Positions 1 through 33,900 of a stretch of DNA of 64,000 bases are shown in pieces. Source of the DNA: Leucoraja erinacea (taxonomy: Eukaryota). Position numbers and translations under genes: made by a program. Position 1 is the first letter of the stretch. Each line of letters starts with the position of its first letter. The DNA lies in the NCBI RefSeq assembly GCF_028641065.1, contig NC_073401.1:15748001-15812000 (forward strand). Direction: 5' to 3'. A model generated the notes under the pieces. That model ran no database searches. It had not been told where the DNA came from and saw only the letters and a list, made by a program, of their open reading frames with translations.

Positions 1-609
1 TACTGGTGCTAAGAGTGCAGTGTTTAACTTTGTAATTAAGGCAACGTGCGACTCTGATTTGGTTTGTATTTGTTTTTATCCACGGATCTTTGTATTTTGA
101 CAATGGGCTTTTAATGCAGGTTGCTGGCCAAAGTATTCACTTATTCACTATATGTACAATGTGCAACTTTTGGTGCCACTATGTTTTTATGATGCTGTCT
201 TTAAGAGCGTACTTACTTCCATGTACAGAGCACTGTTTTATACCAACTATGAGAAGTGTGTCAAAAATATTCATTAAAGGATAAATTAAGTCTTTTTACC
301 TGTTTTTTAAGTTTCATTTTTTCCATTTAGCATTCTTTGATGTATTTTATTAATGATGAATATTATCAGTCCTTTGTATAACACAGTCACATATTAACCA
401 CTTATCGCTTGCCCCTGCACCTGTTAGTCTCTCAAATGCACCTGTTCACTGTATTCTGCCCAAAGCAGATCTAAATTCAGGACTCATTGACAAGATTCTT
501 GAAACACTTTCAAGCAAAGAGAAACTGGGGAAGTAACGCATTGCCTTGTCCAATCTTGTCTGAAGATTGGACCCTGCAGGTGGAATGACATCAAAACAAT
601 GTCATGTCA

Positions 610-820
610 CTGAGGCCAAGCCCATCGATATTTTTAAGACAGAGATAGATAGGTTCTTGATTAACATGGGTGTCAGAGGTTATGGGGAGAAGGCAGGAGA
701 ATGAGGAGAAGACCGGAGAAGGGGTTAAGAGGGAAAGATAGATCAGGCATGATTGAATGGCGGAGTAGACTTGATGGGCCAAATAGCCTAATTTTGCTCC
801 TATCACTTATGAACCTATGA
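610..820 (+). mobile_element. CR1/HER1-type LINE 3' end fragment
   Basis: ...gatatttttaagacagagatagatag...gggccaaatagcctaattttgctcctat tail recurs at ~17300, ~20590, ~29390 and, on the minus strand, ~49100. Confidence 0.75.
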
Positions 821-1364
821 GTGCCATGAATCCTTCACTAAGCTTAATCAGACATAAATTTCCCTTTGAACTAAAATTCTATCTTCAAAGCCACCATTCC
901 ATTCACTGCTTGTTGGAATGTCTGGGATGAGACCTGTGCCAGTTAGTAATCCACAAACAGAGAGCACCATTATCTCAAGTGTGGTTCCTACTCTTCACTT
1001 TCTAACACAGTTGTGATGAAGCTCACTCAGTTGTCAGTGCCAAATCTCTGAAATTAGGTTCAAATTCTTAAGTGGCATTTCTTACAAAACAAGAAGTTAG
1101 AATGGAGTTCACCTCAACTGTATGATTACTTTATATATATTATACATTTCTGAGAGCTTTTATAACCCAACATTTTTTTTTTCCATGAAGAGGTACTTTT
1201 GGAATCCCAATGTTTTAGCCAGATGGAAGCAAGGATTTTTTTTAATGTCTATTGGTACTGTAAGACGACAACCTTTTGTGGAAAGCTATGGGCTTTCTGG
1301 GCAAAACAGTGACATTGCTAGTATAAGCCACTGACTCATATGGCCAAACACATTTCAATCCAGA

Positions 1365-1570
1365 CCTTGGGTGATATGTGTGGAGTTTGCATGCTCTCTA
1401 TACGATCACAAGGCTTTCCTCCAGCTTCCTTCCATCCCAAAGAACAGTGAGTTCGAATGGGATTAATATAAGACTGGCCAAAAGGATGAATGCAAATCAG
1501 TGATTGATGGGCAGCCTAGATCCGTTGGGGCGAATGGCCTGATTCCATGCCACATCTCTCTATGACTCTA
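1365..1570 (+). mobile_element. Degenerate HE1-type SINE
   Basis: tgtgtggagtttgcatgctctc core and gggcgaatggcctgattccatg tail shared with other SINE copies in the window. Confidence 0.6.
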
Positions 1571-2554
1571 TATTCTGACACATAAACTAGCCTTGCTTTC
1601 ATGAAAGTAACTGTGATCACAGCCACATGTCCAGGCCTGTGAGAGGAGATGTGACGGAATAGATCTGTGAGTGGGAACTGTAATTCTTCAATCCTGCTCC
1701 AGATAACATCAAACCAATGAGTGACTTAATCAGTTGAGGAGAGCAGCTGGAAGCTTAACTCCATATGCAGGTAAGCTGCGTGGTTTTAAAATGAACTTGA
1801 AAATCCTAATCCTTTCCAACGTAGAAGCTCACTAGCTTTCAGGGTGTCTGCAATCCACCACCAACATAAACTCTACTACAGATTTTGAATCAGTTTGTTT
1901 AGTATCTTTAGGCTTGATGATGTATTTCCAAGAACTTCAAATGTACTCAAACATATGCAAACTCAAAACCAAATTTTATTCCAGAAAAATCAGGCACTCA
2001 ACAAAGGGCTAAGAGCAGCCCTTGGACTGAATGTTTAAGAAGGAACTGCAGATGCTGGAAAATTTTGTCTACCTTGGACTGAACTTGGCTATTCACTACT
2101 TCATATCTGTAAATGTAAATAATTATTGTTACAGGCGACAATGTTTAATGCTGTTTGTTAATTTATTTAGTGATACCTATGATTTTTGCATTGAAATGGT
2201 ACATAGAAGCAGAAGTGACATTTGAGAATTATTTAAAATGATACCTAATGGTGTTATTTTTATTTAAGATGAAGGTTCTTTTTCACCTAACTTGTCCAGT
2301 TTTTTGCTTCATGTCTTTTGGGACACATTTTATATGAACAAATATTGTAGTGTTCAGGACAAACTAATTCACTGTAAAATGACAAAGAAATACAAATTTC
2401 ATGCCAAAATATTGTAGAGATGTTTTCAAGTATAGATTTTGTATTAAATTAACCATGTATACATCATTCAGCTCCCTGCAAAATATTTTAAATCTGATTC
2501 ATAAATACTGGAAACCAATTTTAAATTAGCAAAACCATATCTACATTCACAGTA

Positions 2555-2646
2555 GACACAAAATGCTGGAGTAACTCAGCAGGACAGGCAGCATCTCTGG
2601 AGAGAAGGAATGGGTGACGTTTCGGGTCGAGACCTTTCTTCAGACC
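2555..2646 (-). mobile_element. Short Penelope-like terminal-repeat element with hammerhead-like core
   Basis: Minus strand reads GGTCTGAAGAAAGGTCTCGACCCGAAACGTCACC...GCTGAGTTACTCCAGCATTTTGTGTC; more than 10 related copies in the window. Confidence 0.65.
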
Positions 2647-3568
2647 TTTTTTTATACATATTTTCAGTAATGTGTTCAGATAATTGAATTGAATAGAACT
2701 GAATACACTTTATTAGCCAAGTATGTATACATACAAGAAATAAGCCTTGGTGCTTTGCCCGCAAGTAACAACACAATATACAGTAAACAATTAAGAATAA
2801 AACATTGTAATTTAAACATGTGAAGAATGAAATAAAATACTTGAGTAAAAGGAGGCTACAGACTTTTAGTTGTAGAGGAGACTAGAGCTACTGCTCATGG
2901 AAAAAAAAGCTGTTTTTATGTCTGACCATGGCAGCTTTGACAATCCGGAGTCGTCTTCCAGAGGGAAGTGCTTCAAAGAGTTTGTGGCCAGGATGAGAGG
3001 GGGGGGGGGAAGGTTGATTTGTGGGGGGGTTGCAGCCAACAACCTTCTCGGCTGATCGAACGATGCGCTGCAGCCTCCGGATGTCATGCTTGGTGGCTGA
3101 GCCAAACCAGACCATGATGGAGAAGGCGAGGACAGACTTTATGATGGCAGTATAAAACTGGACCATCATTACCTGTAGCAGGTTGTGTTTTCTCAGCTGC
3201 CGCAGGAAGTACATCCTCTGTTGGGCATTTTTTGACTGTGGAGTCGATGGTGGCCTCCCATTTAAGGTCCCTGGAGATGATGATTCCAAGGAACTTAAAT
3301 GACTCCATAAATGTGACTGTGGTGTTGTTGATGGTGAGTGGGGGGAGGGGAGGGGGAGCTCTCCTAAAGTCTACAATCAATTCCACTGTCTTAAGAGCAT
3401 TGAGCTCCAGGTTGTTGCAATGGCACCAGGAGGCCAGCTGTGTCACTTCCTGTCTGTAGGCAGATTCCTCCCCATCCTGGATCAGTCCAATCAGGGTTTT
3501 GTCGTCCGCAAACTTGAGAAGCTTGACTGTGCAGTATTGTGGAGGTGCAGTCGTTGGTGTAGAGAGAG

Positions 3569-4868
3569 TAGGGTTGCCAACTCACTCCCAAATAGGGGAC
3601 AAAAAGGTCAAAATAAGGGACAAATTCCCAACGGCATAAAGTACAGAAGGCCTTCGTCGAGTCACTGCTGACGGGCTTAACCCACGTCTTTTTTGCTTCC
3701 CATTGCTTGTTATAGCTGCAGTCTTTTCTTTTTTGCAGGTTTATCCATATTTGCACATGCCAAACCAACTGAACACCAGATGTTACTGAAACGTTTTGTT
3801 TTGGCAGGAACTGGCAAAATATAGCATACAACTGATGTGCATAAGGGGGCCTGTGATTGGATGACAGGTCAATCACTCGTGCGTGAAGCCAACAGCACAT
3901 ACAACACGTACGCACTGTTGTATCAGATCTAGGATCTGTCTGTAAGCGTGCCCTCTGGTGATTACAGAGTACAGATGCTCCTCGACTTATGATGCTTCGA
4001 CTTTACGATGGTGCAAAAGCGATACACATTCAGTAGAAACCGTATTTCACTTGCCTTGCCTCATGGCAGCGTTAGGCTGCGTTGATAATTTAAGCGGTAA
4101 TGCTTTACTGTTTAATTAAAATTGCTTTCCTGTGGTATATTTAGATTTACGCCGGCTCTGTTGAACAGATGCACTCGCTCGCCTGAGCTGGCTTGTTTGT
4201 ATCTAACGCTAGCCTGTGCACTTTCTCTCCTATTTATCTTGATGTAAGGTTAATTGAGTCAGCTGAGAGAGAGAGAGAGAGAGAAGAAGAAGGGCTGGCG
4301 TACGTCGAGATTTTGCAGGGAGATAAGAGAACCGTGTTAGCCTTTCCGTGGGAGGAAGCTACGAGGGAGGGACGTGAGGAATTTTGCAGGAGGCGAGATG
4401 GACATCGAATGGCAACAAATCTGATGAGCCAGTTGATAAAATTTCAGAGTGCTACCTGCATTCACCATGTGTTCGCTCCTGCGGGGGCTGGCACTCGGGA
4501 GATTTAAGGGGTGTCGTTGCTCAGGGAATTGGTACGCGTTCCGACCCAACAGCGGCGAGAGCTAAAACATTCCCAGAGGCAGAGGACTGAAGAGGAGATG
4601 GGGGGGGGGAGAGAACTAACCCTGGAGAATGAAAACCCACAAGCGCCTGACAGTCCAACCCTGAACACTCAGTTGATGGTAGGTTAGGTGCATTAAATGC
4701 ATTTTCGACACGATATTTTCAATATTCTCGGAACGTAACCCCATCGTAAGTTGAGGAGCACCTGCTAGTAGCAGTCAAATAAGGGACAAAGGCGATCCCA
4801 TATGGGTCAAACCAATTTAGCCCAATATACGGGATGTCCCAGCTAATATGGGACAGTTGGCAACCCTA
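3569..4868. mobile_element. Non-autonomous hAT DNA transposon
   Basis: 14-bp TIR TAGGGTTGCCAACT / AGTTGGCAACCCTA; 8-bp TSD AGAGAGAG (3561-3568, 4869-4876); BED-finger-like remnant W..WV...AFCTLC on the minus strand. Confidence 0.88.
3972..4764. mobile_element. Tigger/pogo-type non-autonomous element nested in the hAT
   Basis: TA then CAGATGCTCCTCGACTTATGATG; right end CATCGTAAGTTGAGGAGCACCTG (20/23 inverted match); right TA duplication is imperfect. Confidence 0.75.
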
Positions 4869-5210
4869 AGAGAGAGTAAAGAAGTCTTGCGGTGCTCTTA
4901 TGCTAAGGGTCAGCGAGTCCGAGATATGCTTTCCCAGCTTCAAATGCTGCTTCCTGTCTGTCAGGAAGTTGGTGATCCACTGACAGAGGTGTTCAAGCAC
5001 AGTCAACTCGGAGAGCTTGGAGTGTGAATCATATGTTATTCAAAAAAAGACTGCTACTTGGCATGATTATTTAAGTTTATGTTATTTATATGCAAGTCTG
5101 CACAAAAAGTATTTTACAGTAACCAATACAAAAGAAGCATTAAATGGCTATGTTTAAATCTCTTTTCAGGAATCAGGAGATATTTTGTCATGTAGCAGTA
5201 TCACTGATAT

Positions 5211-27219
<22,009 letters not shown>

Positions 27220-27930
27220 TGTCGTCGCCCCGGGGTGCCTCAACCTGGGCCGCGACGGAAGCCTGAACCTCGCTTAGTGTGCGCTACCCGCCGAGGAGAG
27301 GCGAGGGCCGCAGTCTGGTAATGGCGGCGCATTGACTGTACTAACACCGCCCGGGCCAGGAGAAGACGGGAGAGCAATCGTGATAGTGGAGTTGGGGGTG
27401 CGGGAAAGGATGGATATAAAGGTCTTTATTCGGGAAGATAGAGACATAATTCGGGGTTCATTTCAAGCAGGAGGAAATGTCCGCGCTGCCACACAACGAA
27501 ATGGCCGCGTTTCCATCGCGACCGCAAACACGGCGGCGCCCGTCCGGGTTCCCTCCATTGTCCCCGCCGGCAGCGTTGCTACGTGACGCGGCACGCTCGC
27601 TCACGTGCCCGAATGACGTCACCCACTCCTTATATAGCGAGGCGGGCGTTCAGCGTCATCATTATCATAAAGCTTTGGCCACGCATCAGTAGGCGTGTGT
27701 GTGAGGGTGCTTTAACCAGAAAAAAACTCTAATTTATTCCAAAATACGGGTATTCTATCCCTCGCCTCAAGGGCTCAGGGTCGAAGTGTTCTGAGAGGGA
27801 GGTGGAAAAAGGGATTTTTTTGTTTTCGTCTTTGTGTTGTGGAAGGAAAGTTGCGCAAGGCGCCAAATCCGCGGGTCGAGTCCGTCGAGGGTCGGCGCAG
27901 GCGCGTTGCGGCAGTCAGAGGTCGGAGAAG

Positions 27931-27943
27931 ATGGCGTCGACGG
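27931..27943 (+). CDS. EWSR1: EWSR1 exon 1 coding part (MAST)
   Basis: AAGATGGCGTCGACGG|gtaaga, 13 nt. Confidence 0.93.
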
Positions 27944-30900
27944 GTAAGACCGAATCTCCGACTGTTGGCAGCCGATTCAAACCCGCCGCCGCCCAGCCCG
28001 CCATCGAGCTGCTCCGCCGCCCGGCTGTTGGGTTTAACCGTGTTCGGGGTGCAGTAGAGGGGGGGAATTTTATTGTGTTTAGTGGGTGCGTGAGTGATAG
28101 AGAGCGAATGGGCCGCACTGCTAGTCGGGATCACCTCGCCATGGCGTGTTGTAGGAGGAGGTAGGGAACGGGCGGCCGTTGGGGCCTTCTTCCTTCCCTC
28201 CCCTCCTCCAGGTCATTCGTCGTCAGGGCACCGCCACCCGCTCTTCCTCCTCCGTGTAAAACTGCGCCACAAGAGCCACTGGGCCTCAGCTACTCTCCTT
28301 CTTCCCTCCCGAGCCGCCATCTCGCGTCCCCCGACGGCCGGCCGGCGCCTTTCGTTTGGGCCCGGCCGGGGGGAGGGGAGGAGGAAGAGGAAGCGCTTTC
28401 TTTGCTCAATCCCCGTCAGGCTTCAAGGCCTAGCTCGGGTGGGGGAAGGGAACATCAACCTGCCGTCGGATCACAGTCATGGAACAAAACCACTCACATT
28501 ATTTTTAACCACGTCTGAATATTTTATTCACATATTGTAAGCAAAGAGCACTCAATCACATCCGTGCCCCAACATTGGAGGTGGTGCGGGTTTTCAACTA
28601 CTGAAAGTGATATTTTCAAAAATATTGCCTAAAGTTTAATAAATCGTTTTTTTTTAATTTCGGACTTTTTAAAAAACGTTCCCTAATCCCTGGCGACCTG
28701 CCAAAATTGAGTCGTATAGTTCATTATTTTTTCCTTCATGGAAGGGCGGGGATATAACAAAAGGTGGTACAATAATTTTGCGTTGTATTAACATTTGTTT
28801 TTTTTGTGTGGGGGAAGATGTTAAACGGTTAATCTGTGCCTGAAGGTAGAATGTGTTTGTAGTTCGTATATCGGGTGTTTATCGTTCTGGGGGTGAAGTC
28901 GTTGTGACCCCTGGTGAAAATGTGTTGCTGTCTAATATGCAGCCTCTGCTTTAATAAATTAAAAAACGTGTTGGGTGTGTTTTAAGAAAAGTACCGTAGT
29001 TGCATTGCCACGCATTGCGTCTGAACTCTTATGTAGAGGGAAAGCCTTTTATTTGAACCCCCTCCTCCATAATTGAGCCCTAACACTTTTATTTTTCTAG
29101 GCCTGTTGCCCATGATAGTGGTCATTTTAATATAGAATGGTGGTTGAGTAAGAGTGTAAAACTACTGTGGAAATACATAATTCAGTTGAAACCCATGTGC
29201 TATACATGTGGTGGAAGGACCTGATTGCTGTTATGTTAAAAATAGTTGCCATGTTACATTTTGCTCTCCTTTTGTGGCCAATGTTTTAATCTAAAAATGA
29301 TGCACCTACTTATTCATACCCATTTCGGGATTGTGCCATTGCAACTAATGAGTACAATATTAGTATTTACAATATGAGAGTACATTCTTGATTAGTACGA
29401 GTGTCAGGGGTTATGAGGAGAAGGCAGGGGAATGGGGTTCGGAGGGAGAGATGGATCAGTCATGTTTGAATGATGGGGTGGCCTACTTTTGACCCTATAT
29501 TGCCAGCTGGAACAACAACATTTTAAATTTGATCAATAGCTGCCTGTAATTTATTGACAATAAATTCACATTTACAAGTAGTTGCTAATCCTATATGTCT
29601 GTGTTTTAAAATAATACAATATATCGCCAAAAACATAATCTGGCCATGTCCTCAAGTATGTTGTTCAAAATGGGGCCGATGGCACAAACAAAAACACACA
29701 ATTGTGGGGGGAAACCGTAGAATTTAAAAAAAAAACGATCCTTTATGAGGAACTAATTTTTTTTCCCCTGGCAAGACGCAACATGTACTTTTTTTAACCA
29801 GAGGAAATGGAAAACATTCTATAATTGCATCTCACAATACAAAATATCATTGCCTAGATATGTGGGAGAAGATGCTGATATGTGCAAGTTTGTATACTTG
29901 ATTTTCTATTTCATAACCTTTCCTTTCAATGTGGGAGGAAGAGCTAAGTAGTACAAACGTAACATTTAAAAAAACATTTATTTATGAAACAATTGATTTG
30001 GGTCTTCAGTTATCGCACTGTGCACATATATTGCAACATCAATGATATATTTTTGCTGAGCTTTTTCTCTTGCAACATTCAAATGCCTACATTTATGGAC
30101 ACCATGAATTTGATGTTAACACTGATAAAAAGTGATACCATTTTCGTATTTAAGGTGCCTCAATAATCCCAAAATGCTAGAGGGCATTTGATGGTTGGGA
30201 GAAGTGTTGAAAATTGACACTTTGATTTTGGGTGTGTTACAGATAAGGGATTAGGTTTGGTTGAATAGTTTGCATTATTTAATTGAAAAAGTTGGCCATG
30301 GCTACAGAACAATTGGTTATTATGGGAGGCTCTTGCCTCTGATGATGGAAGTAAGGCACTGGAACTTCTCTTTCCTCAGCAGTGATTTATATTTTTATTT
30401 TAATTGCGTGTATAGAATTTAAAGGGTTGACATTTAATTACATCTCTAATTGTGAAATTTCACATACAAATTTAAACATTGGCACACAAGCCCATGGTTG
30501 TGCGTTTTAGCTAGTTAGGGAGCATTTGTGGTGAGAGGCAAAAATGTGGTGATGCACTGAATGTTTTCCCACAATTGGTGCATCACCTGCAGGACAGTCC
30601 TATCATTTACTGTTTTTCATCTAATCTTTATTGGAAGTTTGGTGGTCGTCCTCTTGTATCACAATGATTCTGGGGGAAATAAATGCTTTGTGTTGCTCCC
30701 CATGGTAATCAGACATTTCTTTGCTCGTTTCACCATGGGTATCCATTGAAATTGTCAAGAAATCACTTCTATTTACACACTGATACTATTAAACAAAGTA
30801 ATCCCTTTTATAATTTTAGCTTGAGCCAAATGAAACATGGCTATTAAAACTATGTTCATAAATCCCGTGCAAAAAATAAATTGTTGAAAATCTGAAAGTC

Positions 30901-33900
30901 TACTTCTAACCCCTTTTACCAGGTTTTTATCACACAATTTTCTATGATGTATGATTTCTTTGAAACACAACTTTCACGTTGGAGCAGAACACTATGTATT
31001 CCACTATTCTAGAGGTTGAAAAAGAAAATAACATTCTTTAATATTTTCAAGATTTGCATCTAATTGAAGCAACATTTCAATGTCTACAAATATTTGGTTT
31101 CAGTATCCTTCATTTTGCATTTTTTCTTTTTAGATTATAGTACCTATACTCAAGCTGCAGCTCAGCAAGGGTAAGTATATCTTCCTGTACAATTCTCACT
31201 GCACAGTTTATGCTTGCAAGTAATTGTTTCATTGGTATGCATGGATTGTTTCTAGTCTTTAAACTTGCCAAATTCCAATTTATTAGACATTTCACTGCTT
31301 ATTGTAGATTAAATTTCAGTTTCAATTTTTTGGATTATAGTTTTTAAGTTTAAGGCATTATGACTGAAAAAAGTTGGCCATGACCATATTGATAAATGTT
31401 GAGACCATACATCTTAACCCCTATAACCTCACACACCAAGACCTCTTAACCCTTTCAGATTCAAGCTCTATTTATTGCAATGTAAGAATCCATCGTCCAT
31501 TTTCTTTCAAACATTCAGAAATGTTTTCTAAATCAATTGAATCCTTGAGTGTGAGGTTTGAAAACCAAGCCGTAAAATGTTTAAGAATTGAAAGTAATAA
31601 ACGGCATGAGAAAAAGGGTTTAACAATGAAATGTCACACTTGAAGGAGTTTATCTCCAGTGTTTTTGTGCTTTCAAGAGTTGCACACCTTGACTCCTTGA
31701 TCAACGAACTAATCTAGCATTACCTGGCAGATATTGTATTTCCTGTCACTGACATTTTTGCCACAAAGCTAACAGCTAGCCTAAATGTGCATTATTTGGT
31801 TTATATACCTTCATTTGTTGGGGTAGTAGGTGGACTGAAGTAGTGATTCTAACTAAGCCGTGGCAACATTGGAGGATATATACAATAAGGGGCATTATGC
31901 GTAAACATCACTTATCTTAACACTATCATTAGGACTCCTTGGTACCACCGGGACCTGATCAACAAGACAATTAATCTGGTTAGAGCTCACTTGAGCTCGT
32001 ACATTGCATGTAAAAAGTATGCTGTTTGAATAACTGCACAACTTTTACATGCAGAGTACATTATGGATCATCACTTGGTACAGCTCATATTCTGGGCTGT
32101 TTAAATGTGCAGACTAAACAGTCTTTATGTAGTAAGACTACTTGCAATAGCTGTTTCATTAATTTTATAACAAGCTGCAAGTACAAAAAAAATGATCTTG
32201 CATTTTTCTGACACTCATCTGAGCCTTTTGTTAGCCGGAAAATGAAGGACTGGGTATTAGCTTTTGGGCATGGGCTAGCTGTAAACCAGACATTAGGATG
32301 CAACAATTGAAACATAGAATAGTAGAAGACAGGAATAGTGTCTTTGACCCATTCACCTGCACATTTGTCTTAAAAAGACTCCTTAAACACTTCTATATCT
32401 GTTTCCATTGCCACCCTTGACAACACCACCTGGGCACTTACCACTGTTTAGAAATAAAACTTGCCCCATGCAGCTCCTTTAGTATTTGCAAATATCACCC
32501 TGGTTAGGAGATTCTGATTGTCTTCCCTATTTATGGCTCATAGTTCTAAATTTCTATCAAAGCTCTTCTTGGCCCCCTAAACAATCTGGGTTGCAAGTTT
32601 TCAAACATAGCTAATATTCTGATCGATATTCCATGCCCTTTATTTCTGTGTACCTGCTCCCCAGTTGCAGTGGTTGGATAGTAGAAATTCCCCGTACGAA
32701 AGACAAATTTCCACCAAAATTTGAGATGTGCAATGGCAATGAGCACATGGAATTTGCAAAGAATTACAACACAGAGAAAAATATGAACATTTGCCAACGG
32801 TGTCCATAATGGAAATTCAGTTTTCTAAGGCTGCAACCGTTCCGTATTGCAGAGGTGTATTGTTCTCACCGCTAACTGTCCTTTTCTGTTTTTTTTCTAT
32901 CTAATTACAAATTGACTGGATGACCTTCACAATTAATCCTCATTGCAAATCTTGTCAGATACATTGCCCCATCTGCAACTTTAAAGGGATTCTGCTGTTA
33001 CTAGTATCTTCAAGCAATATGACCTTAACTTTACATCTCTCCAGGTATGGAACCTATGCAGCTCAGCCTACCCAAGCGTATGGACAGACAACCCAGGTAA
33101 GATTTGGCTTTTTTTAAAGCACAGTTACTGCACATGGTAATTTTACAGTGCATGTTTTAAGAATATTTCTAATTATTTGATGTTCCTTACCGTTAAACTG
33201 TTTGCATATTGTGCAATTACAACATGAATACATTTTGCGAATAGGCATATGCCCAGCCGAGTTATGGAACCTATACGCAGCCTACTGATACAACATACAC
33301 TCAAGCGCAAACAACTGCAGCATATGGACAGACAGCATATGCTACCGCATATGGGCAACCTCAGACTGGTAAGGGTTGACTTATTGTAGAGTTTTACTTG
33401 CATTTAAATTGTATGATTAATTCTGAACCTTTTTTTATTGCTGTCTTTTGTGCTTTCTTGGGTAGAAGGGACAAGTGCAGGTTAGAATGCCTGGTCATTG
33501 TCGCATGTTTCATGTTTTGTTGCATTGTTTTACATCAGACATTTAAAACCCAGTCAAATCAGCTTTTTGTGTCATGATTACTCAATGTTGTCAATGGACT
33601 TTGATTGGCTAACTTTTAGTCGGTCATGGTATGTATACAGTCTTTTACCATATATTTGTGCAGGTCCATGAGCATTGCAAAAAAAAACTGTTTGAAATGA
33701 CACACTTTGCCACGGTAATTCTCCATTTCAGCAAGTAGAATTGGCAAGACTTGATGTGGTCCATTATGTAAACTAAATTCTAGTTGCAACCTTGATTCAA
33801 GTTTGGTGAATTTATGATGAATATGGCAATGTTTTTGAATTCACGTTGGATTTGGAGAAAGAATAGCGGTTTGTTTAAAGTGGATTGGGAGATCCTTCTC

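Larger units (their letters stand above)
2690..5030 (-). mobile_element. Frameshifted Rex/Babar-like LINE (RT and 3' end) split by a DNA transposon
   Basis: YSLYTNDC..., WCHCNNLELNALKTVELIVDFRR, AQQRMYFLRQLRK, LPSGRRLR...RHKNSFF in shifting frames; LINE sequence resumes after 4868. Confidence 0.85.
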
